This document shows, piece by piece, positions 24,873-36,784 of a stretch of 64,000 bases of DNA. The notes beneath the pieces were generated by a model. That model did no database searches, was not told where the DNA came from, and saw only the letters and a list, made by a program, of their open reading frames with translations. Source of the DNA: Gekko japonicus (lineage: Eukaryota); NCBI RefSeq assembly GCF_001447785.1, contig NW_015173766.1, forward strand, positions 33,324-97,323. The letters are read 5' to 3'. The position numbers and the translations under genes are program-made. Position 1 is the first letter of the stretch. Every line of letters begins with the position of its first letter.

Positions 24873-25660
24873 AATTTATTTATTTATCTAATTTCTACCC
24901 TGCCCTCCCAACCTGAGCCGGGTCAGGGAGGCTTACATATAAACAAATAGATTACATTAAAACATAAATTACAATTAAAAACCAGTCTAAAACCAGTCTA
25001 AAACCGTAATAAAGTGCTAGTGATTGTTGTCATTCGTTTGATGGTGGCAGCCATAATTTGGTATTCTTGACTCCCAGTCAACTCGCAGTGTTCATTTTGA
25101 TTGTTCTTACAGTGATTGATGTCCTTTAGGCTGTGTTATGTATTTGCTTATGTGTTATGCTATGTAACCTAAACTGGAGCTTCAGGCACAAGCTCCATAG
25201 ACTCTATAGTATTCTAAACCCTGCAGTCAGATTGGTGGTTGTTGCGTAACAGACCAATCAGGAAAGACTCTGACCTTTGGCGGGAACTAATCCCATTGGT
25301 CCTAAATTCTCAATTGTAATTGGTCATCACTGTGCTATGGAGTGTGGCCCCACTAGTTCAAAATGTATATAGTTGTATTGTTCTCTGGGTTTTGTTGCTG
25401 TGTTCTGAGTTGAAACAAAGAAATCACTTGTTCTGAAATGCTGCCTCAATCTCAGTACATAATAGGCTGTTGGTGGCAGTTTCCAGGATTCAGGGCCCTC
25501 TCACGTTCAGCCATCCGTTGTTCATTATTGGTGGTGGTGGCAGCTCCCAAAAGCCTGAGGGAAGAGCTCTATTTTACAGGCCCTGCGGAACTGTAGGAGG
25601 TTCCGCAGGGCCCTGATCTCGTCCGGGAGCTCATTCCACCAGGATGGGGCTGCCACCAAG
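24873..25660 (-). mobile_element. L2 LINE 3' fragment interrupted by a solo LTR
   Basis: Tail atttatttatttat...ccctgccctcc at 24873; coding end (agggccctgatctc...gagctcattccacc) at 25545-25660. Confidence 0.75.
25134..25464 (+). mobile_element. Solo LTR, 331 bp
   Basis: Terminal inverted tgttatgta / tacataata (CA mutated to TA), 5-bp TSD ggctg, CCAAT boxes and TATATA near 25365. Confidence 0.8.
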
Positions 25661-25703
25661 AAAAGCTATTTCCTCTCTGCAAACTGGCCCAAATATTCTC
25701 AAA

Positions 25704-25980
25704 TAGAGATGCCAGCCTCCAGGTGATACCTGGTTTGCAAAAATCCCCCAGAATTACAACTCATGCCCCAGAATTACAGCTCATCTCCAGACTACAATCA
25801 GTTCCCCTGAGAAAATGGATGCCTTGGAAAGTAGACTCTATAGCATTGTACTCCACACACACACTGAAGTCCCTGTCCTCCCCAGGCTTCATCTCCAAAT
25901 CTCCAGGTATTTTCCAACCTAGCTTTGGCAACACTACCCCCTCCTCCTCTGCCTATAGCCAGGGGGGAACTGGCAACCTT
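25704..25980 (+). mobile_element. TAGGGTTGCC-type hAT MITE
   Basis: Core similar to 10809-11032, with internal duplication of ccccagaattaca. Confidence 0.75.
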
Positions 25981-26051
25981 GATCCCAGAAGGGAGCCACT
26001 CAAATGATTCATTCACAAAACATTGTTCATTTTATTTGTTTTGTTTGTTGC

Positions 26052-27160
26052 TAGGGATGGGCATGAACTGTGGTTCATGGTGTGCCCAGTTCGTGAGCCA
26101 TGAACTGTCACAAACTTTTAGGAGCTAAATGAACTGGTTTGGTTTGTGAAGTTTGTGACATGGTAGAATGCTAGAGACATCAAACTTGCAGGGGATCTCT
26201 GGCTGACTCTCCTTTACCTGCCCACCAAGGTTTGTGAGGACTGGATTTATGGGGTCCGAGTTACAACCCTCCAAAGCAGGTGCCCCCATCCTCCATTGTT
26301 TCCAATGGAGAGGGGAAAACAGCAAAAAAAAAAAAATCAACGGCAATAGAACCCCAGCAGAAGGGAATCAAAGCCCCAGAGAATCTCTGTAATAAAAACT
26401 GAATGTCTGGGAATTTGTGCAAGCTCTGCAGAATCCAGTGGCAATGTGGCAATGCCACCTCAATCACAATCCAAGTGGGGATAGGCATTTTGCAAGCCCA
26501 GCAGTACCAGTGCAATCACAGAGTACTCAGCAGAACTGAGTGCCAATGTGGCAATGCCAGCTCAACAGGACTGATATCAAGCATAGAATCACAATCCAAG
26601 CAAGGGGGAGGGCTTGGAAGTCTGGCTGAATCAGTGCAATGTACTAGTTCTCAGCAGAACCCAGTGCCAGTGTGGTAATGCCAGCTCAATCACAATCCAA
26701 ACAAGGGATTGCAAGCCCAGTAGAACCAGTACAATGTACAGAGTTCCCAGTGGTACAAGTGCAATCACAGAGTGCTCAGCAGAACTCAGTGTCACTGTCA
26801 CTGCAAGCTTAAAAGGACTGATCTCAAAGCACAGAGTCATAAATCCAAGCAAGAGGGGTGGGATTTTGCAAGTTCTGTGCAGGTAAATGGGAAGTGAACA
26901 CAGAGCAACACTGGCAAAGGGGGGGGGACCCTCTTGAAACTGACATGACTAGTTTGAAACTGATAACAGTGTTTCCAAGGCTGATGAATCCCCCCCTTCC
27001 TCTGAAGTTTGGTAAACATTTTGTTTGAACAGAGACAGTCTGGAAATCTACCTATTCATGAACCAGCACAAACCTCCACGAACTTCTTGAAAATTTGTGC
27101 CAGTTGACCTGCCACAATCTTCAGTTCGCGAACTTTAGTCCATGAGCCTGTTCATGGTTT
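26052..27160. mobile_element. hAT-like element (TAGGGATGGGCA terminus) with internal degenerate tandem repeats
   Basis: tagggatgggcatgaac start; GAAC/GTTC subterminal motifs at both ends; repeated units gcaatgtggcaatgcca..tcaatcacaatccaa at 26435-26850; right TIR not seen. Confidence 0.6.
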
Positions 27161-28371
27161 GTGAGTTATTTGTTGCATACTTTATGTTCATAAGCTATTT
27201 GTTACATACACCATTCTGTCAAACTGTTCCACTCACTTTGTAACCCTGTTCTATTCCACCGTACACATTCTACAGTTTGATTGTATAGAGTACACTGAAT
27301 AAACCTCTGATCTGATTTCTTAATCTCATTGTATTGCATTGTTAATGTTATGTGTACTGCTCCAATTGCATTGCTTTTAATTACATTTAACAATCCGCTG
27401 ACCTAGCACTCTCAAATAGATTGCTTTTAATTGTGTCATCCACCTTGAGTCTCCTTGAGAAAGGTGGACTATAAATAAAGAAACAAAGAACAATTGCCTC
27501 ACTGATTATGTTAGAACTTCCCAGGTTTGCTTCAGGTGGGCACCCTGAAAACTTACATTGATTGTTTCAATAAACTAAAGCCTAGTCTTGGGTAGTTCTC
27601 TACCTTTAAGGAATACTGACCCAACATTTATATTCCTGCATATTTATTAACATTATTTGTAGTCCGCCTTTCTCAAAGAGACTCAAGGCAGATTACACAA
27701 CGCAAGTCAATGAAATCACTAGTACAGGGCATCCAACAAGCAATGTTATAAGATTAGGACTGTGAAAATTAAGAGCAAGTAAAAAGCTGAAACAAAGCTG
27801 GAACAGCATTAGCATATTAAATGATGCAGAAATTACATAATAGGATAATACATACAACAACAAATAGTACAATAGTACTACAGTCCACGATCCCTTTCCC
27901 TTTATTACAGCATCTTCCATTATAATGAAGCCCTATTATCTTTGTAAAATGCTCTCCTGAATAATTCAGTTTTGCATAGTTTGCAGAATGCCTTCATCAG
28001 GCAGTCCGTCAGGCAGCTTAGAGGGAACACTGGTCACAACAGAGGATGAACACGTATGGGGAGGTGTTGAGCTTGTCCACTTGCAGGGTAGTACCTACTA
28101 AAGGTACCACTCAGATTATCAAAGCTGTTGTGGTGGAGCATAGAGGGAGAGGCAGTCCAGCAGATATTAGGGGCCAAGGTGATTAATATGATAGTCACTA
28201 CCTTGAATTGAACTCAGTAACTGATGGGTAGCCACTGGTGTGACTGCAGAATAGGAGTAATATGCATGCTCCACCTAGACAATAACTAAGGTGCAGCATT
28301 GTGCATCAACTGGAGTCTCCATGTTAACTCTGAGGGGAGACCTATGTAGAATGCATTACAATAGTAAAGTC

Positions 28372-28446
28372 TAAGTCCAGGGGCACTTTTAAGACCAACA
28401 AAGTTTTATTCAAAGTGTAAGCTTTCATATGCATGCACACTTCTTA
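28372..28446 (-). mobile_element. Penelope terminal fragment
   Basis: Reverse complement of the 34080-34155 motif (gtgtgcatgca..gaaagctta..aaactttgttggtctt). Confidence 0.75.
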
Positions 28447-28447
28447 A

Positions 28448-29545
28448 TGTTATTGTGTTAACCAAATTGCCACAAATTATTAATGATTTTTGGGGAATTA
28501 TGGTTTTACACGAGGCAATGGGCAAATAAGGGAGCAAGCACCTATGTATACAGGGGTCCCGCTTCTTCCCGAATCACCAGAAATAGACTCAAAGACTGGC
28601 TTCAGTATAAAATGGTTTCGTTTACTGAAGAAATCTCACAAGCATACAGTAATTCAAACACACTCCAATTCCAATTCCAATAACCTTTACAAACACACTC
28701 ACAATTACACAGATCTAGGAAAATTAGATAGAAGGGGATAGCCACAATTGCATTAGCAGGATGTTATATTGAGGGGTAATACTTTACCTGTCCTCGGCAG
28801 GATGAAGTGATCCTTGGGGGGAAAATGATGGAGACTATGGAGTATTGGGGCTGTGTCCTGAACCAGCAGAAACACGTGGAGACTCTGGCTGTGCTAACCA
28901 AGAGTCATGGAGGTAGGGTAGGTGTAGAGGTCAGGAGAGAGAGAGAGCACATGGCTGGGTGCACCTCTTTTATGAGGTGCTTGGGGGTAGGATAAGCTGG
29001 CCACATCCCCTGGCACACCTCCTATTAGACCGTCCCAAAATATGCTACTGGAGCTGGGTACAGCAGGAGGGTATTAAAGGAGTGGACAATGTTGAGATCT
29101 AGTAATCCTGGGCAGGTCAGTGGCACCTGGAGGAATGATGACTCATGCGGCCAGAGTCATTGTCATTGATATTCCTTTATTGTCTCATGGCTGTAGCTTC
29201 AGCTCGGTGAGGCTATGTGGGGGAAGGGAAATTATGCCTGCGCATGCAAGGAAGAAGCTCCACATGGCATTTGGATTCCATGTCTCTGGTCTTCTGCCTT
29301 GGTTTTCAGTGCTACATGTGGCTAGGGAGCTGGTCCATCTTTCAGCAGGTAAGAGGGCAGGTAACCGTAAGAACCATTGGCACATCATCTCAAAGGAAAG
29401 CTTCCTTCTTCTGGGTGTGTCTGTAGTTGACATCATTTTTGGGTCACCACACAGTTCAGTCCCCTTTGCACACTACTTGCACAGTCCAGTTTTTATCACT
29501 TATGAACTATGTCCATAAGAGCACTATAAGCGCCTTGCAGGGCAA
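28448..29545 (-). mobile_element. Probable solo LTR (~1.1 kb)
   Basis: Ends ...caataaCA on the minus strand at 28448; AGTAAA near 28625 and CATAAAA near 28970 on minus; interrupts Penelope/L2; far boundary and TSD uncertain. Confidence 0.55.
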
Positions 29546-32500
29546 CAATTGTGGCATGAATCCAAGTAGCCAGATTGGCCTTGACAAGGTAGGGGCCATC
29601 TTCCAAGGCTAAACTAAATTGGAACAAAATTTTCTGCAGCTGCATTAACTTTCTTCTTCAGTACTAATGTTGGATCCAGTATAGCCCCTTAAGATCTAGA
29701 CTTAGTCAGCAAGGGACAGCTATCCTCATCCGATCATTAACAAGAACAAATGTTACTGTCTACAATTAAGCTATTTACAAAACATATTCTTAAAGGGCTC
29801 TGCTATACAGGTTCAACAATCTCAGTTAGTAGGCCTCCCCCCCATGCACCCCCAGTTCTTTGTAAAGAAGGTTGGAGGGGGGTTATATACTTTTCAATTA
29901 ATTTTAAAATATACTAAAAGATGTTTTGTTCAAACAATTGACAGAATGAAAAACAAATTAAACAATGAAGGATTTCCACCACCCTTCTCTGCCAGTTACC
30001 TTATCTCAGGGGAAGAGCAGTAACTGGCAGTGGGGATGCAGCAAGCCACTAAGTGTGTGCTGCTCCTCTCATCCAGGCTCTGGTTCTCTGATTCTGGGGG
30101 AGGCTCTGGGGTCTTGGGGGAAGCTCTAAAGGCAGGCAGGTCCCTCCATTGTTCCCATTCTGCCCATTCCATTGGATCTTGAATGGGAGCCTGCTGCTGT
30201 AGAGTAGGCAGAACATTTCCCCTGGAGATCATAGGAAGCATGGTGGCTCAAGCATATTGGGATGGTGGGGGGCTCCTGAGGAGTATTCCTTTCCCTCTGA
30301 GGAGTCTTCCTCCCATGCTGAGGCTGGGCTACGGCAGGTCCCAACAGCATTTTACCACAGATCTATGGGTTACCACTGGTCTGCATTACCAGATAGGAAG
30401 GATAATGCAGTGCAGGGGAAAGTACCTGGGAGATGGAATTATCTCTCAGCGCTGTGGGGTTTTGCAGGGATCAAAAGAAAGGTTAAGCTGTGGAAAATCA
30501 TACTAAGTCTTGTAAATACTACTGAGCTTAACTCATTTTCGTTTTCTTCTCCACTGAAACCGCTGCAGAATGAACCTGAAATCCATCCATTAAACAGAGC
30601 AAATAGAATTAACAGGGGTGATGATAGGTCTGTGAAAATGTTGTGCCCTTTACAAAGAAATATAGACAGGATACGGGTCAATGAGCATGTTAATATATGA
30701 AGAGCTGTCTTCAAAGGGCATGCATGGGTGGAAAACTCAGCTGCAAACATAGAGGGCTTAATAATTGTTATTATTGCAATAATAAATAAGCATTTGTACA
30801 GTGCTTCTGAGTATTCAAAGCACTGCACAAATATTATTTCAGTAATCATTACGACAAGTACGTTCATTAGTTTGTCAGTATTATCCCCAAATTGTTCATC
30901 TAGTTCTAACACTGAGAGGCAGTGGTTTGCAGAAGGCCCCCTACTGAGTTTATAGTAGGGGCAAGAATCATCCCAGAGCCATCCTGATTTATAGCTCATT
31001 CTTATTCACCACACCATGCTGAATGGCTAACTATATGTTGCTATGCTATTTATAATAGTACACATGACACACCTTCCTTGAAAAGTGAGATTTGGTTACA
31101 GTTCTCTCTCCAATTAAAAGATGTCAGTCTACCCACTTTCCAGAAAGTAGCAAATGGCTTTCTACTTTCTGTCTGATTTTTGAAGTTCTACATTTAGCTA
31201 GCCACTTATGAGAACACTGTTCTGGACTAGACAGACTCTTGCCTGAGCAACCAAGGGCAGTTTTATGTACTTTCAATACTCACATTCCATGCCTAAAAAC
31301 CAGATTGTGCTGAAGTATGGTGGACGATCGACAATGAAAAGATCCATGGCACTGTTTTATTTAAGTCTGTACTGGGCCTTACAGTGTAGATCAAAAATCC
31401 ACGCAATGAGGCCAGGGACTGATGAGGGGGCCTACAAACCTGAGGGAAGCCCCAGAATTGCAGAAACATTTGAAACCTAACAAAAATACATAAGAGGGTT
31501 TTTAATAGCCCAAAATAATATAAGGAACATCTGTAGCTTTAAGAGATGAATTCCTGCTCAAGTCTCACAATACTACGTTCTGATACCTTGGTGGTCATAG
31601 ACAGCTACAACAATATTGCTAAGCCTTCTGAACTTTGGTTTCTGTTAGTCAATAGTGCAGAGAGGAGACTTTAAAAGGTAAAAGATGAAAGGGAAGAAGG
31701 AAATGGGAAAGGGGTGGAGAGATGAAGAAGCATCTAAAGGAGGCAGAAATAAGTAGTTAGGTGGGTAGGAGGAAAAAATGGGCAAGGCTACCAAGGAAAA
31801 GAAAACTGAAGACTGGGGAATGTAAAAAAAGGTCAGTGGGTAAGCAGGAGAAACAGCAGCATGGAAAGAGGCTGTGAGGGGAAGAAAAAATAAATAGTGT
31901 GGGGAGGGGAATACAGAGGGGGGAAAAGAAGTATCCTCATGGGCCCTCTGCTTTAACATAGCTAAAGGTCTTTTTAGACTGTGGCCTAAATATGCATTTT
32001 AGAACACTACTTGCACAGAGCTATGTTGGCTCATATAGAATAGAGACAGTATCAGCCATTTAATCAATCAAATATTATGAAATTTAGGTTGAGTAGCCTT
32101 AACTAAATTAGAACAAAACATATTTTAATTAGAAGGTTAATACTTACGTTAGTTACAACCAGGATTAAAGGGTGGGCATACAGTATGTAATTAAGAAGCA
32201 AATGTAATTAAGAACAACTGTGTAGGCAGCAGCACACAAATTCTTCCTGCCCAGATGCCTTCAACTGTTGCAAGTGGGCAATAAGACAGGTTTTGCTATG
32301 CAGCTCATTCTGGCCTTAAGTGCCCCTGGGCTAGGCAGCACTGCCCTCACAGCTGTTCTGGACAGCAAATGACATGATAATGAAAGACAGTCAGCTCCCA
32401 TACGCAGTGGAAGTCTTAGCTTCATGAAATATTTGACAACATTTGACCACAGTCAAACGGGCAGCCCGGTGACCAGACAACTGACAATATTTGACCAGTC

Positions 32501-33568
32501 AATTGACCAGCATGACTACCCCAGTTCAGATCATTAACATTCAAGTACTGTAGCTAGCTAATTCCTGGAGCAGATGGGGAGATAATTTTTTCCCCCTTTC
32601 TGTTCAGGCTTCGGGATATATTTTCCCCTACCAGCCAAAAACGTGGTCTCCAACTGACTTGGAGATAGGAGAAGCAGCTGAGATGTCAGCTACCTGTCTG
32701 TATAATTTTTATTAAAGAGTTTTGTATTTGTCTTCAGGTCATAGCGGGGAGAAGTTTTGGTTTCCTTCTTCGCCTTTTTATAGTTGGAGTTTAAAAAAAA
32801 AAAAAAAAACTGATGCAAGCTTATATACCCTGTGGATGTTGGAACTGTAGCAGAAAGCAGATGCAGCATTGATTTAATTCAGCAGCGAATTCTCACTTGA
32901 TGTTGAAGCAACATCAAAGAGCCCGAGAATATAGAATTAAAACCATCCATCATGGGCTTATTGCACTGCACTGTCCACAGAGGTCTCCAGAAACCAGTAA
33001 GAATTTTAACTATCAAAAGGGAAAAGACTCCTGAGTTCTAAAAATTGTTGTTCAATTGACCAAAATTAAATGAGTGAACAAAGAAAGAGGGCGCAGGGTG
33101 AGACCCCTGCCAAGCACTGCCTCCATTGCACCGATGTCAGCTGCAGCATTAATTTTCAACAAGTGACACTATCACATTTATCAGGATTCTGTGTCTTTTA
33201 CATGGTGCTGTAAGGCTGTTTTATTTACTAGAGCTTTTAATGGAGTGTAAATTGCAGGCTTCTTATGGGGGGGATAGTATTTTATTGTTATTTGAGGTTT
33301 TTAATTATGTATTATAAACCACCTTGAGTCATGGGGCAAGGTGGGGTGTTTTTAATTCATAAATAAATGTTTCTGAGGTTGCTAAGGGATTTCTTTAGAA
33401 AGTTCTGAACTTTATCAACAATGACGTGAGAAATGGGTCAGATTTAATTTGGGAAACCAATTTAATTAAATTAAAATCGAGAGACCAATTAAATCTGACC
33501 CACTGGTCTGTACACCTAATATGGCAGGTGAACATCCCAAATACTGAATCTATAGAACTACTTACTAC

Positions 33569-33778
33569 CAGGGGTCATTTGGGGGGGGGACACGGGGGGA
33601 CGCCATCCCCCCGGGTGAGGTGCGGGAGGGCGGAGCCTGGAGCTCCCTGCTGGTGCCCGCTGGAGGTCGCCACCGGCTGTGGGGAGGACACACTTCCGGT
33701 GATGTCAGGGGGTGTGGCATATGCTAATGAGTTATGCTAATGAGTCCCCCTAGTTCTTTTTCTACGAAATGACCCCTG
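33569..33778. mobile_element. hAT MITE (CAGGGGTCATTT termini)
   Basis: Perfect 12-bp TIR and perfect 8-bp TSD cttactac; CpG-rich interior. Confidence 0.93.
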
Positions 33779-34070
33779 CTTACTACTGTTAGTAAATTAA
33801 CCATACAGTGTTGAGGCTTGGTGGGGAGGGATTAGATTAGGAAATCCACTGTGGAGCAAGAACGGTAACTGAAGTTCCTGCTCACCTAGCCTTGAACCTC
33901 CGTAGCCTGATGTAACTGTCCTGACTACTGAGGCAGAAGGCTGCTACTCAACTAGACCAGAATCTGAGCATCACAATGTGCAGGGGGGGGGGTTACTTCT
34001 GCCTTCTCAGGTTTTAGTGGGGTCAAGAGAACTGGGGGTGAGAGGAATCTCCAATCCCAACTTGACCCTC

Positions 34071-34200
34071 CATATCTGAAGACGTGTGCATGCACATGAA
34101 AGCTTACACACCTTGACTAAAACTTTGTTGGTCTTAAAGGTATCACGGGACTCAAACTTTGTTCTGCCGCTTCAGACCAACACGGCTACCCCACCTGAAT
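34071..34200 (+). mobile_element. Penelope-like element terminal repeat with hammerhead-like core
   Basis: ctgaaga-cgtgtgcatgcacat-gaaagctta...ttgttggtcttaaaggt...cagaccaacacggctac. Confidence 0.75.
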
Positions 34201-34738
34201 CTATATACAAGCTATTATATTAGAGAATCTGCCTCTTCACAAATCGAAGCCCTTGTGAAGGAGTGATAACTTATGTATTGGAGGAAGCACATCTCCTCCA
34301 AGCCTAATCAATTTACCCCGCTAGTACCAAAGTTATCAGAATGCTTATGCATCAGAGTTATGAGAACACTCAAGATAATTGTATCTTAGTCTGAAGTGGG
34401 GATGATTAGGGTTTGAGAATGCATGCTTTGTAACATGTATCCCCCCTGCCCTTATCTTCCTTTCTAAGTTAATATGAACTTTTAGGGACTCCAGCAGACC
34501 AATTTCCCCTCCCACTGCATTTTCCCTTTTTCTTCTTCTTTACTTGTCTGACACTTAATTGGCCTCAGCATTCAGTGGCTCCTGCAGAGCAATGAGCACG
34601 CTTTGTGCTCATCAAGCCACTGGGGTGAAGTAGTTAAATCTGCTGAGTATACAAATATCCTGCCTGTCGGTGCCCCAGTTTTGCTGCACTACAGAAAGCC
34701 ATGGGACCACTAGATGGAGAGATGAGTTTTGGTTAAGT

Positions 34739-35349
34739 GGTGGTGGAAAGTGTCATCACGTCTCAGCCGACATATGGTGACCCCCAGGGCTATTTTTGGG
34801 CAGGAACGCACAGGAACGGAGTTCCGGCTGGCTCCCGAGTTGGCCACGCCCAGCAGGAACTCATTAGCATAACAGGCCACACCCAACAGCAGAAACTCAT
34901 TAGGATTGGCTACATTAGGGGTGTGTGGCCTAACATGCAAAGGAGTTCCTGCTACAAAAAAAGGCCCTGGGTTTTGACAACAAACAAGGTAAACAGAATA
35001 ACAAGCAAAAGCTGGATAACCACACTTCTGGTAACATGTGGGTGTGGCCTAATGTGCTAATGAGCTGTGCTGTCAGGGGTGTGGCCCAATATGCTAATGA
35101 GTTCCTGCTGTTAGGTGTGGCCTATTATGCTAATGAGTTCCTGCTGGGCTTTTTCTACAAAAAGAGCCCTGGTGACCCCGTAGGTTTTTCAAGGCAAGAA
35201 ACAATCAGAGGTAGTTTTGCCATTGCCTGCCTCCACGTCATGACCCTGGTATTCAATGGAGGTCTCCCATCCAAGTAATAGCCAGGGCCAACACTGCTTA
35301 GCGTCTAAGATCTGATGAGACTGGACTAGCCTGGATTATTCAGGTCAGG
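34739..35349 (-). mobile_element. 5S rRNA-derived SINE (5S-Sauria-like) interrupted by a hAT MITE
   Basis: Minus strand tctcatcagatcttagacgctaagcag...tacttggatgggagacc..gaatacc matches the 5S internal control region; 11-bp TSD tttggttaagt. Confidence 0.85.
34785..35171. mobile_element. hAT MITE, same family as 2907-3287
   Basis: cagggct...agccctg termini; perfect 8-bp TSD gtgacccc. Confidence 0.92.
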
Positions 35350-36567
35350 TTTGGTTAAGTACATCTGCTTTATCTATACATTTATACAAATAACACCTCA
35401 GGGGGAAGGGGGCACATTCTTATTTATTTTGTATTTATTGTCAGGATTTATACCCACTTCCTACTGAAGGGATTACTCAAGATAGTTTTTAGATGAGGTA
35501 TGCTTATATCATGTCAGGCACCATCTTAGAAGATGAATATTCCTTCCTGCATGAAGGGAAGGGATGCCTCTGCTACAATACGATTTTTGTATATACCTAT
35601 ATATTTTTAATAAATGTAAAAATCTATTATCTGGTTATTGGTTAAATGACTTTTTAAATTGGTAAAGCTCTTTTTAACCTATCTGTGTAGTAGAGTAAAT
35701 ACTTTAGCCCTAATAATTACTTCTGTTTTTAGGACAGGAGAGGGGGGAACAAATGTCACTCTAAAACCTCCGATCTCCATACTTGAATATGGCTGTCTGC
35801 CTACATTAATTAATTATTTCACTACAAGGAAAGTGGAGGGGGGGAAGAAGCATTTAACTAACTCTGAAATCACAGCACTCCAAATGCGTGAAATCACATT
35901 ACGGATACAGCTCATCCCCCATAAATATGACATATAAGGCAATCTGCAACTGTGAAAGCCATTCAAATACATATTTATTGCAATCAGGAATAGAGACTTG
36001 ACTGCATTTTTATTCTCCTCCAAAAATCAGCTGAAGGTTTTATAGCTAATGCATCCCATTACCAGCAATCTGTGTCAGGGTCTTTGTAGCCTGACCTCCT
36101 AAGGCTGCAGTAGAATTTCGACTTTGAGAAACTGCTGCTCCTAATGGCCAGAATACAACCACCACACTTCTTTCCACAGCTCGGACAATCCAAGGTTGTG
36201 CCGAGTTATCCACGGAAGAAGTCCACATTGAATATGTAGTGGTATCTTTGAAGCATGGAGCCCTTCAGACCTCTGTGACTAATCAACCACCAAAAATGCA
36301 TATGGAAGACTTGCATGACTTGCAGCCTACCAAGCCAAGCATAACCCAACAGCTGTGTTAGGTGCTCAGTGGGCTCCAGCGTTTGCAGGAGGGAGGGAAT
36401 CCAGGGCTATTAAGCCTTGGCAGGCTGCCCACATTGTATGTGCCAGACTGTGTTTGGCAGGCTGCAAGTTTTACTCCTTAAAAACACAAAGGGCTATGCA
36501 AGAGCTTGCTTGCTTTTTAACTGGCTGCGCTGTATTTTGCAAAATGTGGAAGAAGCTTTGCATCTCG

Positions 36568-36784
36568 TAGGGCTGCCAACCTCAAGATGGGCCTGGAGAT
36601 CTCCCAGAATTACAACTGATCTCCAGATGACAGAGATCAGTTCTGCAGAAGAACATGTCTACTTTGGAGGGTGCACTCTATGGCGTTATACCCTGCTGAG
36701 GACCGCCCCTCCCTAAACCCCACCCTCCCCAGGCTCCACCCACAAATATCCAGGGATTTCCTAACCTGGAGCTGGCAAACCCTG
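36568..36784 (+). mobile_element. TAGGGTTGCC-type hAT MITE
   Basis: tagggctgccaac...ctggcaaaccctg with the family core. Confidence 0.82.

Larger units (their letters stand above)
27642..29700 (-). mobile_element. L2 LINE fragment split by Penelope and LTR insertions
   Basis: L2 tail at 27642-27697; YCNAFYIGLP-like frame near 28330-28365; resumes with LATWIHAT near 29548-29575. Confidence 0.7.

Noticed and set aside
26435-26850. CRISPR-like repeat-spacer array
   Set aside because: Eukaryotic DNA; the repeats are degenerate and irregular with no unique spacers or cas genes.
30439-30999. 186-aa minus-strand ORF and a possible exon starting near 30575
   Set aside because: No recognisable domain in any frame, a weak pyrimidine tract, and part of it resembles an old SINE/L2 tail.
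31645-31959. Hydrophobic 104-aa ORF
   Set aside because: A by-product of a purine-rich low-complexity tract on the plus strand.
36046-36228. 60-aa ORF MWTSSVDNSAQPW as a coding exon
   Set aside because: No recognisable homology and an in-frame stop shortly upstream; RNA structure explains the features better.
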